From IMG/VR virus record IMGVR_UViG_3300033148_005588, positions 1-64,000 of that record: a stretch of DNA of 64,000 bases, one strand, 5' to 3'. Under the pieces are notes generated by a model. The model did not search any database, was not told where the DNA came from, and was given only the letters and a program-made list of their open reading frames with translations. A program made the translations under genes and the position numbers. The DNA comes from a virus (taxonomy: Duplodnaviria; Caudoviricetes). The first letter of the stretch is position 1, and each line of letters begins with the position of its first letter. Positions 36,201 through 45,263 of the stretch are shown one piece after another.

Positions 36201-37835
36201 GCCTGAATCTTGGGTAAGTTTCATTGTGCCACTATCATAGGCCAGCGTGCCCACACTTCCTACTTTAGTCCATCCACTAACATCTGAATCAAAAGAGCCG
36301 TTTGTGACTAGCTCATTAGTCAAATAGCCTGTGTCTAGCAGATTGGAGGGCACCCCCATGTCTTCCAGCACATATTCCAAGATGTCAGATGGAGAGGTTG
36401 TTTGTTGCAGATCGCTTCTGTAGAACTCAGTGTTTATATCAAGAAAGGTATCCCCGGAAGGGAACAAACCTACAGAATCAGCCGTACCATCATCATCTGA
36501 GTCTGCTATTATGGGTTGGAAGACCTTGTAGCTTTCTCCTAAGAGAGTCTTGTTTGCTGTGGAGAAAGTGTAGCTGTTGTCCCAAGTAGCCTTATTAGCC
36601 CAGTATCTTGGTGTTTGCACCTCGCTTATTGTATATGTAGGAGAGGCTGGCCCAAGCAGATAGTACCTTTGGTCGTCAATGAGCAAGCATCTAGTGGGTA
36701 TATAAACAGTACCAAAAGGCACCGGAACGCACACATTGTCATTGGGGACGTATTCGTCCGCTGGTGACAAACTCTTAACAAGAGGCGTATTGGGGTAGTC
36801 TCCCTCAAGGTGGATACTGAGACAATCTTCACACTCAAAGTCCAGAACAGATTGAACTTCTTTAACAGAGTTAGTTCTAAACATCCAAGTAGTAAGAGTA
36901 CGCTCGTTTGTCCAATCGGTTGCTACCAAGTCAACTTGCACCATCTTGTTCTCAAAAGCAGAAGGAGACAAAGAATCGTCGTCGTTGCTCACTTGGAAGC
37001 TCAGCTGGCTGTAGCCAATAGCTCTCCCCTCAACCATAGAGCGCTGTATCCTGATCCCCTCAAAGCCAGAAGGAATAACTCGTCGCTCGTAGGTCTTTCC
37101 TCCGTATGTGCACTCCTTAGTTGACCATCTGTAGGCCGTACCACTAATTATCTTCAAAGCTTCTATGTAGCCGCTGACAGCAAGAGCGTGACCAGAATTA
37201 TAGCTGTTAATAGCAAACAGATATCTGAAGTCTTTCTTGGATGAGTGCAGGGCGAGAGAAAGCGTAGAGCCGTGTTGGGCGGACATCTCCTCGTCTGTAT
37301 AGATAGCTGCGTACAGAGTCCCATAAGTGCCTACTGACTCGTCCCTCCATACTCTCACATAGTAGTCGGTGTCATAGGAGATTTGATTGCTGGCGTCAGC
37401 GTATTCTGTGCCACCATCTAATTCCAGCAAACGGAAAACTGGCGTACCACCATTTTCGTGAAACTCAAACCCTGCTCCATCGTGGCCAGCACTAGCAGCT
37501 ATAAGATTGTACCAGTCATCAATTACATTCTGCAGCGAGGCTAAGACAGCAACAGAGTTTGTGTCTGCCCCGCTCTTTATTCTTACCTTGAAAGTGAGAT
37601 CAAAGTCTGCAGAAAAATATCCAGCACCAAAGTCTTTGTAAACTCGTGCATCTTCATTGCGACCCAAAGAAGCAAAGTCCACTCTGTTGGCACAAACGGT
37701 TATGTGGCTGTTTGGATCTGTCTCTGTATAGTCATCAAAGTTTTGGTGATCGTAGCCTGGAACAGTAAACAGCCAACTAACTTTCTTAGCATCAGCGCCC
37801 AGTATTGACTGTTTAATGGAATCCAGAGTAAGCAT
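30210..37835 (-). CDS. giant multidomain tail/receptor-binding protein (2541 aa)
   Basis: Follows the tape measure and Dit-position genes; hub-like region (VPVPFG), CBM-like NGSFD..GW, LamG-like GYWSFDDG..G.CLEF, C1q-like C-terminus. Confidence 0.85.
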   Translation of the reverse strand: MLTLDSIKQSILGADAKKVSWLFTVPGYDHQNFDDYTETDPNSHITVCANRVDFASLGRNEDARVYKDFGAGYFSADFDLTFKVRIKSGADTNSVAVLASLQNVIDDWYNLIAASAGHDGAGFEFHENGGTPVFRLLELDGGTEYADASNQISYDTDYYVRVWRDESVGTYGTLYAAIYTDEEMSAQHGSTLSLALHSSKKDFRYLFAINSYNSGHALAVSGYIEALKIISGTAYRWSTKECTYGGKTYERRVIPSGFEGIRIQRSMVEGRAIGYSQLSFQVSNDDDSLSPSAFENKMVQVDLVATDWTNERTLTTWMFRTNSVKEVQSVLDFECEDCLSIHLEGDYPNTPLVKSLSPADEYVPNDNVCVPVPFGTVYIPTRCLLIDDQRYYLLGPASPTYTISEVQTPRYWANKATWDNSYTFSTANKTLLGESYKVFQPIIADSDDDGTADSVGLFPSGDTFLDINTEFYRSDLQQTTSPSDILEYVLEDMGVPSNLLDTGYLTNELVTNGSFDSDVSGWTKVGSVGTLAYDSGTMKLTQDSGSSIWLKGYQAIPVLPGKKHKVQVKLDSASAMSNMYFSIGTSSPSGDSLYTGDLVQESITSAGTHTFYFTPTASTVYVVCQDGHPASGWSKWDNIVVKAISSFEYVKDIHTNSWSLSLQGALFYKQDRSRLISELLSMSHCTLRFTDKIELHLLSKASSGTLTSGCVRSRNEQGGSTFRKTPYQNIVYDSGHVAWRPSGSSQETLVETVVATKSSTDYPSYEILYCPLVSNSIHAQKLGQLFFQRKYGAEARISFTGRDDLLVYQPEDIITVDDSFYGSSFSARVDQVRIRQDLSLEFSLTSFKYALDDWDDLSPSSITPSTDTSTGTWSPVVVGPSGTVSSGHAPNVLPGKLKVASSGSDTQYIMLDPSVPVIKLHENDIDRIKMGKLDTNEYGLEGKDAFGNIVFRIRNTDAVIAGWNFDTNSLTAGNITLDSSTPAIEMGSATGYMTGTGIWMGNDSGTYKLHIGNPNDKYLKWDGTDLTITGHFIGSSDIATTIANTFTINDDADDVTVQLILDRTTGGAATLSWDGAELTSDATVDTAGSLQQLATKEYVDLSVTSLGASYYMLDTASGVEDYKLCSLTPSGDAETYLESAGLSDEDYIGGWISPVGESPNVLLTGDFNFYLTAEKTTGTKTLKLYWKMYERKSDTSETLIATSSISNEVDSKDTFVIPLVLTSDYEPDSGSRIVGKLYASVTGSGNAPTVRIYYRGSTGSRWDIPANSEVFRSIFVPYDGAVKDVDLGSYALFTSEIGVNTTTPQANVEIEDGGTSNSILLKITQDDGNPYALMIGNDSYSTTDTLGLAFWLDNAGNSYIRNRAAGNLYIDAKGTANTSDIYLRAEDKIYFQDYNSGSPNTKITMDMQNGRLGIGTSPSKPLDVIGQIRSNSFIINSASGDLFFTRDFDRFGVGSNNSLIESQGTTPLQIRAISSDIVLGGQNAVMAIKNAGNVLIGTTTDNAGKLQVLSTSEQLRLEYDNSSYASFTVGSNGTLTLAPTGDFILNPTGNDVYPNTNYDINLGLLTKKFLTLHAAELWVETLVAQDTMATIGGRILVAPTTELTSDLGTGDTTIYVKHNNLANGDRVYLESNGKVEFMSIDSAPGGSGPYSYTVTRNLDGSGANQWYAGDAVLNTGTTGDGFIDIYSVRGVKSSSQYGPTIVGNVRNSSTYNDWTEVWAVGNLNGLYGYGSDTYGAAFGKYSAADYITIDPSNGIRFFDSGDVVQAQLSSSVWTLGEVAVSKSNIQITAGTIKLRTNTTSHLELSTAGAFWAGDTSSTERIEWNSTDGLFIADSSNNKVFQADPSGNVNIAGTVDIGVGAFADLPSDENLVGYWSFDDGTGTVAVDSSGNGNDGTLQNMEEADWVDGVVGKCLEFGGTDEYVQIASDSVFDIQDVSAKPFSICVWVNPTASPSDGQTILGIGTTNHNALSFALDSSEKIWIVASTDGIDWTINHKTTDTINLNEYSFIVLTRDTSGWYRVYINGEEADGGVFQNTSDILLDTYSVKIGGHYRLASGWQFVGNIDECRFYTETLTPSEVKALYLYPAGNRGTRISGNRIRTGIIQSDNYAASAGSMLNLNDGTFKLGGSSTPEFEFDGSNLYVGLQAGEHVKVSPTAVQIKNGATVYTDLTNGVLTLGDSSSGEYILLNGTDGIQMYSGAMQRMRLNIDGSGWFVGANVFSWDTSGNLSVSSNITSASITSSTIDGSIITGGTFRTATSGKKIILTSDGLVLDTGATTGKYGTFKYGDGTKYGSGALAYIHHSAYDVPFYIAAEQTVADFHFYNRASNPSGAAEVGDVCVVNGNLKRCTSAGTPGTWEVTIRDDDNDTRIYVEKSTDEDHIRMDVAGVEAFDLDDDGVLSLPKQSRARAYQSGTGQSISHNTLTKVTLNTKNYDEQNEFDIASNYRFTTNSGGYYLLIGKVRFSSPTTDQAIVTQLRKNGTIVAQSDSSVSGTQGNASCSTAAVIYLVTNDYVELWVWQNSGSSKTLVASADATYFDIHKLS

Positions 37836-38245
37836 TAGTCCGCAATCCTCCCCACAACCTTCAGAACTACCTCTTGGACACGATGCCCAGAGGATTCAAA
37901 CCAATCCCTTTGCAAAGATGACCGGAACTTAACGACATAAGTATGACCGTCAATGTGGTCCCATTTGAAACTTTTCGCTTGGGCGTTGGCCTTTGAAGAA
38001 TCCAAGTAGAAATCCATTATTGTCCCTGCGTCAGCTTTTGAAATGCCCTTACTCCATCTTAGCCTTATGTAGAAAATAGGATCATCACTAAGGGCAACAA
38101 CCCTATCTGCTCCGTCGTCAAAGTAATGAACTTCTTGTTTCTTAGCAGCCACCTCTGTGAGAACTTCTTGTGGAGCAACAGCCAGCGTTCCAGAATAGTC
38201 TGGAGTTACTGTTGTTAGATAATCATACAGTTCTTTCTCTGCCAT
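37835..38245 (-). CDS. distal tail protein-like
   Basis: Position between tape measure and hub; F.W..P/H.D pattern. Confidence 0.55.
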   Translation of the reverse strand: MAEKELYDYLTTVTPDYSGTLAVAPQEVLTEVAAKKQEVHYFDDGADRVVALSDDPIFYIRLRWSKGISKADAGTIMDFYLDSSKANAQAKSFKWDHIDGHTYVVKFRSSLQRDWFESSGHRVQEVVLKVVGRIAD

Positions 38246-38266
38246 AGGGAAACCTCACTCTTTTCT

Positions 38267-41200
38267 CTAAAGCCCTGCTATTTTTTGAATGCTCCTCACA
38301 TATTGAGGATTGGTCTTTGCTAAATCCACAAGCACTTTACTCATAGTGTGCCCATCAACAGTCAAGTAAATTGGTTGTAAGACAGAGGCCCCCTCTCCTC
38401 CTCCTACTCTGTTTGGCAGAGCGCCTGTAGCATTCATCTCCTCCAGCGCATCATACCCTATTCTTCTGGCAGCATCTTCCCGGATCACATACTCATACGG
38501 CCTCACCCTCATGAGCAAGTCTGCGGCCAACCCGCCCGCATGCGCTTGAGGAATTCCTAGTCTGCTTCCGATCTGCCCCAAAGCTTTGCCGCCCGACATA
38601 CCAGCAAGCAGAAGCTTAAAGTTGCGTAGTATGGTGGAGATGTTCTCGCTCACATAGTCAAATAAAGTGAACTCTCGCAAAAACCCCATCCCTGACGCAC
38701 CTAGCTTCTTCACAGCATCCCAAACGCCTTTGGGTAACTTGGTAACGCCTGCCCACAGACTTTGTGTCATACCAGGCAAGTTAAGCTCTTTCACATCATT
38801 CCAGCCATGGGTAGCCAACTCTTTTATCTTGTCTATGGTGGCTGCTGGCAAACTAACCAACTTGCTAAAAGCATCTTGTCCTAACTGCTTCGCCAAGCCA
38901 AAGGCCGCTTCCAAAGAAGAACTAGGCAACTGAGCAATTACATCTCCTACTGGGCCTGAGAGAATGGCTGTTTTGGTGCCTTCAAGAGCTGTCAAAGCTG
39001 CCTTATCAACTACCGTATACCGACCGCCAATCTTCACTACTGCCTTTTCTGCTCCTCCGAGCATTCTGCCCAAACCGGCAGTAGCTCCTCCAATAGCGCC
39101 GCCTGTTAGTGCTCCTGTTAGTATGTCTCCTAAGTCTCCGCCCCTTATAACGCTTGTTGCAGCTCCTGTTGCAGCCCCAGTCAAAATGGCAGGCACAAGA
39201 GTGCCTCCGCTCAACACAGCAGCAGCGGCAAGTCCTGCTCCAGTTAGCACTTTGCCGATAGTGGTGTCACCAACCCAACTAGAGAACTTGCTCAACACTT
39301 TGCCCACTACACCAGCAACTCCTTTTACAATCTTAACAGGAATGCTGATTATGCTCTTGATTATGTTTCCTATGAAGCTGAAAAAACCGTAGTGTGGCAA
39401 GCCTGGCTCTACAAGCCCTCCATAAGCAAGCCCCCTTTGCCCTGTTTGGGCGGGTATGTTCTTGCCTACTGCAACTTGCCCTGCTGGTCCTGTAACGGCC
39501 TCTAAAAAGCCTCGCATTTCTGGCAGTTGTGCCACTTCTCTTGGCACAACCCATTCCCCAGGAGTCAGCATTGCCATCACTGTGTCTCCGGCAAATCCGC
39601 TTCTGCCATTCCACAAGCCAGGCACCTCGCCACCCCTGGCAAATGTTAAGAAGGGAACATCTATTCCCAGCAGTTTCTCTATGGTGCCCTGGCCACCAGG
39701 CGCCCCAGCCCATGCGCTGCGAAAGTACATTATAATTTTCTCGGCTGCTATGTCTGCCACCAAACGCATAAATGAATCTCGTAGATTAATCGCAAAGCTC
39801 TCCCACAGCTCGCCCAGATCGCTGATTTGTCCCTTCATCGCCAGGAAGAAAGTATCTGAAAAGGCCCTTCTCAAGTCTTTGGCTGTTTTCTCCCCAAAAT
39901 CTGCTATCAACTGGGTTCTGTGCCGGAAGCTGAGAAAAGCCTTTTCCCAACCAAGCATAAACGAATTCGCCACATCCAGTTCTACTTTCTCCAGCCTTCT
40001 GAGGGCTTCTGCTATCTCGTCTGCTGTAGAGTTCACATTCTTGATTATGTCAAGATTTGCCTTAACATAGTGAACTTTCATCGCATCAGTAGCTTCTATA
40101 TTCTTACTCTTCAAAGTGTCCCAAGCTGTGTTAAGTTCCTTGGTTGTATACTTACCAGACTTAAGAACAGCATCAAGAGCCTTTTGAACTCTCTTAGCAG
40201 CTGCCTCTTGTTTGCCAACCCCGACAGCCTTATCCATCTGCCTCCAAAACTCTGCCCATGCTCCCTTCTTGGCATACTTCTCTTGCTCCTCCAAAGCATC
40301 AATCAAGTTCTCGTAATACTCCTCGCTTTTCTTGCCCATAGCCAAAGCAGCATCGTGCTGGCCAAAGAGAACTTTAAGAATCTCTTTTCTAGCTTCTTTC
40401 TCTTTCTCTGTTAGGCTGTATTGCTTGCTTATTATATCCAGTAATCCCTCTTGTTTCTTGGCAGTCTTTTCGATACCTTTCTGGGCTTCACTAGATTGGG
40501 CAACAGCCAGCTTCTCAATAGCCTTCTTGTTTCTCTCTGATAGCCTGCGCAAAAGAGCATCTTGGGCAGCAGCACGCCTCTCTGGTGCTTTGTCTATCTG
40601 TGTCCAAAGACGCATCACCTCTTCATCAACATTACCAAGAGCGTCAGCGTACTCTACCATAACCCGCGCCAGTTCAGTACGGGCTGCCATAGCCCCACGA
40701 GCACTAGGCCCCTCAATTTTTATCTCTCCCTCTGGTACAAGCCTCTTAATAAAAGGCACTTTTCTCATTACATTTGCTATGCCATTAATCCACTTTTCAA
40801 CTTGTTTGGATAGAGCCTCCATCCCCTCGTAGAAGGCTAGTTTGATTGCTGGCCAAATAGCCAAAGCATGATACTTTATTGTGAGCCAAGCTTTCTCATA
40901 AGTGGCCACTATGGATAGAACATACTTCTTCACCTCATCAAAAGTCTCAAAGTAATACTCAAAGGTTCTGCCAACTCCATACATTAGCACTCCGACAATG
41001 CCCGCCTTGGCTATGGGAGAAGCCATCAAACCAGCTATTGCCACATCGATCCTGGCTATGGCAGCAGCCAGTACATTTGCCCCGACAGATGCTTGTGTCA
41101 GGGCTGTAGCCATTGTAGCAAAGAGCGCTGCCGCTTTGTATGCTAAAATAGCCTTGAGGGGCTCGGTGATCAGCCATAAATTATCGCTCAAGAACTTGGC

Positions 41201-42373
41201 AACCTTGTAAGCTTTCTCTATTGCGCTGGCTAGTCCTCTAAAGAACCCAACAACTTTGTCCTCTTTTGCTACTAGTGATGTAGTGATGTCTTCCAAAATT
41301 CTCCCAAGAACTGGAAGCACTTCCAGCCCTGCCTTCATGAATGTGTTCTTAACAGCATTCCAGAATTTCTCGCTAACTCCCTCAAAAGACTTCAAATACC
41401 TCTGCCAAGCTTTCTCAAGGCCACCAGCAGCACCACCCATCTCTTCTATCAACCCTATTACTCGTCCAAAGTGCTCTACCATCAGGCCGGAAAACGCTAT
41501 TAGGGCTTCCTTTCTGCCTCCCAGCAATTCGGCCAGAGCCTCTGTGCTACCTTGGGTAGCTTCATCTATCTTGCGCAGCGTCTCAACAAACCCTATCTTC
41601 TGTATTGCTTGTTGAACTCCACCGTAGTCTTTCATCAAGGCAACCATCTTGTCTGTGGGCTTTATGAGAGATGTTATGAGGGCTTCTAATTGAGTTGTTG
41701 CCTCGGCAGTAGAACCAGCCGTTTGGGTGAGCAAAGCCAACGCACCACCCATTTCTCTTGTGTTCAAGCCAGCAGCACGAGACAAATTAGCAAGGCTACC
41801 AATAATAGGCACCAGCTCTTGGAAAGTTGTCTGGCCAATGCGCTCAATTCTGAACAGAAGGTCTGCTGCCTCTGTTGCGTTTTTAACTTCCCCAGCATAA
41901 CCAGCCATTAACTTGGTCAGCGCCCTCACGGTGTCGCTCTGCTGGACATGGGCGGCACGAGCAGCTTTAGAGGCCACTACCAGCAGATCCAACGCTTTCT
42001 TAGGCTTAGTAACACCAGCACTGATCACTTGGTAGTAGCCCTTTGTCAACTCTGTCACATCGCCCAGAGAGGGGCCAATTGACTCCACCTGCTTCCGTAT
42101 GGTCTTTGTAGTCTGCTCTGTGACTTTCCCCATATCAACAATAGCACTTTCGTAGTTCTTTGCGTAGTTAATAATCTGGCGGAAAGACATAGAAGCAGCA
42201 AAGCCAATTATGGCTCCTTGCAAGCCTGTAGCAGCTCTCACAGCAGAGCCAAAGCTTCTAGTCACATTTGTGGTGAAGCTTCTGACTCGCCTCTCTGCCA
42301 TATCAAGCTGAGAATAATCAGCTCCTATTGTCGCATAAATGGAGCCTAAGTTCCCACCGCCGCCACCAAACAC
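38267..42373 (-). CDS. tail tape measure protein
   Basis: LGSIYATIGAD N-terminus, TP901-type repeat region, FARGG..GDTV.AMLTPGEWV C-terminal motif. Confidence 0.95.
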   Translation of the reverse strand: MFGGGGGNLGSIYATIGADYSQLDMAERRVRSFTTNVTRSFGSAVRAATGLQGAIIGFAASMSFRQIINYAKNYESAIVDMGKVTEQTTKTIRKQVESIGPSLGDVTELTKGYYQVISAGVTKPKKALDLLVVASKAARAAHVQQSDTVRALTKLMAGYAGEVKNATEAADLLFRIERIGQTTFQELVPIIGSLANLSRAAGLNTREMGGALALLTQTAGSTAEATTQLEALITSLIKPTDKMVALMKDYGGVQQAIQKIGFVETLRKIDEATQGSTEALAELLGGRKEALIAFSGLMVEHFGRVIGLIEEMGGAAGGLEKAWQRYLKSFEGVSEKFWNAVKNTFMKAGLEVLPVLGRILEDITTSLVAKEDKVVGFFRGLASAIEKAYKVAKFLSDNLWLITEPLKAILAYKAAALFATMATALTQASVGANVLAAAIARIDVAIAGLMASPIAKAGIVGVLMYGVGRTFEYYFETFDEVKKYVLSIVATYEKAWLTIKYHALAIWPAIKLAFYEGMEALSKQVEKWINGIANVMRKVPFIKRLVPEGEIKIEGPSARGAMAARTELARVMVEYADALGNVDEEVMRLWTQIDKAPERRAAAQDALLRRLSERNKKAIEKLAVAQSSEAQKGIEKTAKKQEGLLDIISKQYSLTEKEKEARKEILKVLFGQHDAALAMGKKSEEYYENLIDALEEQEKYAKKGAWAEFWRQMDKAVGVGKQEAAAKRVQKALDAVLKSGKYTTKELNTAWDTLKSKNIEATDAMKVHYVKANLDIIKNVNSTADEIAEALRRLEKVELDVANSFMLGWEKAFLSFRHRTQLIADFGEKTAKDLRRAFSDTFFLAMKGQISDLGELWESFAINLRDSFMRLVADIAAEKIIMYFRSAWAGAPGGQGTIEKLLGIDVPFLTFARGGEVPGLWNGRSGFAGDTVMAMLTPGEWVVPREVAQLPEMRGFLEAVTGPAGQVAVGKNIPAQTGQRGLAYGGLVEPGLPHYGFFSFIGNIIKSIISIPVKIVKGVAGVVGKVLSKFSSWVGDTTIGKVLTGAGLAAAAVLSGGTLVPAILTGAATGAATSVIRGGDLGDILTGALTGGAIGGATAGLGRMLGGAEKAVVKIGGRYTVVDKAALTALEGTKTAILSGPVGDVIAQLPSSSLEAAFGLAKQLGQDAFSKLVSLPAATIDKIKELATHGWNDVKELNLPGMTQSLWAGVTKLPKGVWDAVKKLGASGMGFLREFTLFDYVSENISTILRNFKLLLAGMSGGKALGQIGSRLGIPQAHAGGLAADLLMRVRPYEYVIREDAARRIGYDALEEMNATGALPNRVGGGEGASVLQPIYLTVDGHTMSKVLVDLAKTNPQYVRSIQKIAGL

Positions 42374-42376
42374 TCT

Positions 42377-42718
42377 CTATGCTTCCTCCTTCTTTCTCTT
42401 TGTTTCTGTTGCCAAAGCCATTAAGACCATCTTCATATCCTCAACGCTTTGTCTAGGCCCTATGCTCATAGTTTGATAAAAGTCCTCTGGCCTAATGCTT
42501 TTAGTTCCCTTGCGCTTATGGGTGTTGACCAAAATGGCAGCAATATGAGCTAGAAGCCTACACACTTGATCTACACCAAAAGGTTCTACTCTGTAGTAAG
42601 CCATCCATTCTGTGAACTGCCTAGAGCTTATCTGTGCCAGCAGGGCATCAGGATGAGGATACCCAAGGGCCAGAGCGAGACGAAAGGCTAGTCTGCGCTC
42701 TGGCCTTCGAGCAAATTT
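42377..42718 (-). CDS. tail assembly chaperone T-part (expressed by -1 frameshift)
   Basis: -1 frame reads KFARRPERRLAFRLALALGYPHPDALLAQISSRQFTEWMAYYRVEPFG; slippery heptamer A AAT TTG at 42712-42718. Confidence 0.8.
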   Translation of the reverse strand, partial: KFARRPERRLAFRLALALGYPHPDALLAQISSRQFTEWMAYYRVEPFGVDQVCRLLAHIAAILVNTHKRKGTKSIRPEDFYQTMSIGPRQSVEDMKMVLMALATETKRKKEEA

Positions 42719-43116
42719 TCTGTCATCTCATCCAGCTCTTCCCTCTCTATGCCGTTCAAGTCTTGTGCTTCTTTAAACAGCACTTCCAAAGCAGCAGCAT
42801 TCTTCTTAGCCAACGCCGCCACATCATTCTTGTCTTTAAAGAGCAAATTTCCCTCAGCATCGCACAGGCACTTAGAAACAAGCAAAGTTCTAATGCTTAT
42901 TCTATCCAAAATGCCTCGCTGCCTTGCCTGGTATATCTCCCACTCATAATTATCTCTGACCTTTGCACTCATGTTGCGGAGATATACATATCGGCCCCAC
43001 TTTTCCACGAACACTTTACGAATCTCAACATCATCAATGCTGATAATGTCCTCTTTGGTTAAAAGGCACTTTTCTTGCTCCTGCTCATTACTTACTTGTT
43101 CTTCTGCTGTTACCAT
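42688..43116 (-). CDS. tail assembly chaperone G
   Basis: Between tail tube and tape measure genes; V.V.KWG..V.LR.MSA..RD.YE pattern. Confidence 0.85.
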   Translation of the reverse strand: MVTAEEQVSNEQEQEKCLLTKEDIISIDDVEIRKVFVEKWGRYVYLRNMSAKVRDNYEWEIYQARQRGILDRISIRTLLVSKCLCDAEGNLLFKDKNDVAALAKKNAAALEVLFKEAQDLNGIEREELDEMTENLLEGQSAD

Positions 43117-43160
43117 GGCGTTTCCTCCTTCTCTCTATGGTTAAGAGTGTTTGTTAAAAA

Positions 43161-43580
43161 TTAGCTAGACAAAGTCACCTGTCCTGTGATCTTGAAAGTG
43201 GCTGTTGCTGTCACCTTGTCACCAGCAGGCACAGCCACCCCAAGAGCTGTAATAAAGGCAGTGAACTCAAACGTTGTCTCTCCAGTATCCGGGAGAACAA
43301 TCTTGTAGTTGTGGCTGCTATCGCTCTCAAGGTCTATCTTCAGGTCATCATAACCATCAAGGGTGAAGTTTAGCTCTATGCTAACCTCTCCCCCATCCCT
43401 AAAGCCTGAGATGAACTCTCGGTATCCTCCTGTGGAACTAAGGTTCGTAGCATCCACAACGTCCCTTGTGAGGTTGGGGCCTGTTATAGAGGCCACTTCC
43501 GCTATTGCGGAAAAGGTCTCACTGCTAGCCCCGTCTCCCCTTTGAAATTCAGCTCCTACACCAGTAAACGCATCAGTCAT
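43161..43580 (-). CDS. major tail (tube) protein
   Basis: IAEV.SI.GP...D..D.T..S..G.REFI.G..D.GE motif of lambda gpV/TP901-type tubes. Confidence 0.9.
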   Translation of the reverse strand: MTDAFTGVGAEFQRGDGASSETFSAIAEVASITGPNLTRDVVDATNLSSTGGYREFISGFRDGGEVSIELNFTLDGYDDLKIDLESDSSHNYKIVLPDTGETTFEFTAFITALGVAVPAGDKVTATATFKITGQVTLSS

Positions 43581-43632
43581 TTGATGTTACCTCCTTTTTC
43601 TCTCTTTAGCTTATGCTTGCGCTCTCTCTGTG

Positions 43633-44055
43633 CTATGTAGAGCGCATAATGTCAAAGTTCAAAGAAATAATAGGCCGATTCAGATCATCATAACCTACAA
43701 ACAGTATCCCTCCTCGGAGCAGGATTTGAACGTACCTTGTACCATTCCAAGTCTCGCCCGCTCTGCGATGAAGGGCATCAACAACCTCTTTTGCTTTGTC
43801 CCAGGCAGCTTGATAACCAAACTTTGCTCCTCTTATGCGCACCTGGACAGATGGCCTATCTATATAGCCACCCAAGTAATTGTCTGGATCGGCTCCTCCT
43901 GTGTCAAAAATTCCAATACAAGTATCTGGGGTATTAGCGTCGTCGGGAATTGTGCTTATATAAACAGACCAACCAGAAGACACAGCAAACCCGTCTGCCA
44001 CTCCAACAGAGCTATCAATGAGTATGTCTTTGATGTCTTCACTAGCAGGATTCAT
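43633..44055 (-). CDS. tail terminator / minor capsid-type protein
   Basis: PD...I.IFDTGG..P..VQVRIRG..G.D...RP motif; position. Confidence 0.75.
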   Translation of the reverse strand: MNPASEDIKDILIDSSVGVADGFAVSSGWSVYISTIPDDANTPDTCIGIFDTGGADPDNYLGGYIDRPSVQVRIRGAKFGYQAAWDKAKEVVDALHRRAGETWNGTRYVQILLRGGILFVGYDDLNRPIISLNFDIMRST

Positions 44056-44474
44056 ACTCTACGCACCCTTCTTATTCTTGTTTTGCTGAGACCTTCACCA
44101 GCATAGTCCCGGATCAAGCGCAAGATGTCTCCCCTTGACTCTTGTATGGCTCTCTCTAAGTATTTCCACGACGTGCCAGGAGCACGATAGTTCTTGTCAA
44201 TCTCGTGGACAAACACTGCGTAAGAGGCAGTGTAGCCAACCTCAGCAACTGGCCCCCTCTTGGTATCCTCAGAGATGACGTAAGCAGAGTTGCGCAAGTT
44301 GCCTGTCTTGACAGGAGTCTTAGGTAAAGCTCTGCTCTTCACTAAGAGGCCCGCAGCGTGCACCCCTGCTTTGGTTCTGTTCTTTATGCCTCTAATCTCT
44401 CTGGTCAAGTTGGTAAGAATTTCCTTACCACCATAAACCCCTGGCCTTCTTGCCTTTGGCCTTCTCATACCCAC
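44052..44474 (-). CDS. HK97 gp10-like neck protein
   Basis: TPVKTGNLRNS, VGYTASYA.FVHE, KYLE.A motifs. Confidence 0.85.
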   Translation of the reverse strand: MGMRRPKARRPGVYGGKEILTNLTREIRGIKNRTKAGVHAAGLLVKSRALPKTPVKTGNLRNSAYVISEDTKRGPVAEVGYTASYAVFVHEIDKNYRAPGTSWKYLERAIQESRGDILRLIRDYAGEGLSKTRIRRVRRV

Positions 44475-44809
44475 ACCTTGCGCAAGAATTTTGTGCCTTT
44501 ATAATTAGGCACCTTTGCAAAAGCCTTGATCTGATAGGCTCCGCTTACGGAAGTCGGATCACCATATTGGCTATCGCTGTAATCTCCAAGAGCTATGTAT
44601 CCTCCCACTACAACATCACTCTCTACAAGCACAACGGCCTTGCTGCGTTGTTCTCTACCACTCTCATCTGTGAATACCTCTATCCTGTCAATCCAGCGGC
44701 AGTTCACAGTCACTGGGTCGCTGAACTCATACCCTCCCCATCCATCAGAAGAAGGCCCAGCCCAGTATGTTGCTGTCTGCTTCAGCAGTCTTTTCAAATA
44801 GTGCGTCAT
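44465..44809 (-). CDS. head-tail adaptor
   Basis: QTATYW..D.WG..P.TV.CRW pattern; position. Confidence 0.7.
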   Translation of the reverse strand: MTHYLKRLLKQTATYWAGPSSDGWGGYEFSDPVTVNCRWIDRIEVFTDESGREQRSKAVVLVESDVVVGGYIALGDYSDSQYGDPTSVSGAYQIKAFAKVPNYKGTKFLRKVWV

Positions 44810-44839
44810 CCGCTTCTCTCCCTCTCTCTACACTGCACT

Positions 44840-45214
44840 CTACAAATCCAAGTCTATAGCGTTAAACTCCGCACGCTTCTTACCAGCACTGCGCAATCGG
44901 CCTGTTGTATCAAGAGCACAAGCCATCTGTCCATAAGGCGTCATCATCAGATTGCTTGCTCCATCAACAGTGCCCAACCAGTATTCCACTTTGGTGCCTT
45001 CTGTGGTCTCTGCCCGGACAACAGGATCTCGTATGGCAACAAAATGCGCTGCCAACCAACGCTCTATCTCCTTCAGCTGATCTGTGGATAGGGAACTGTC
45101 CTCGCTCAAAAGCTTATTAACAAGCAGATTGGCGACTGTGATAAACGGAGTTAAATCCGAAACATCAGTGTCTATTATTGCGGACACTTCCGCAGCAGTT
45201 ACTCTTGTCGACAT
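44840..45214 (-). CDS. head-tail connector
   Basis: IE.WLAAHF, TPYGQ.A..LD..G.L motifs. Confidence 0.75.
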   Translation of the reverse strand: MSTRVTAAEVSAIIDTDVSDLTPFITVANLLVNKLLSEDSSLSTDQLKEIERWLAAHFVAIRDPVVRAETTEGTKVEYWLGTVDGASNLMMTPYGQMACALDTTGRLRSAGKKRAEFNAIDLDL

Positions 45215-45263
45215 TTCAATTCACCCCATCATAAAAGATTGCTCTCTTTGCCCAAATATACCT

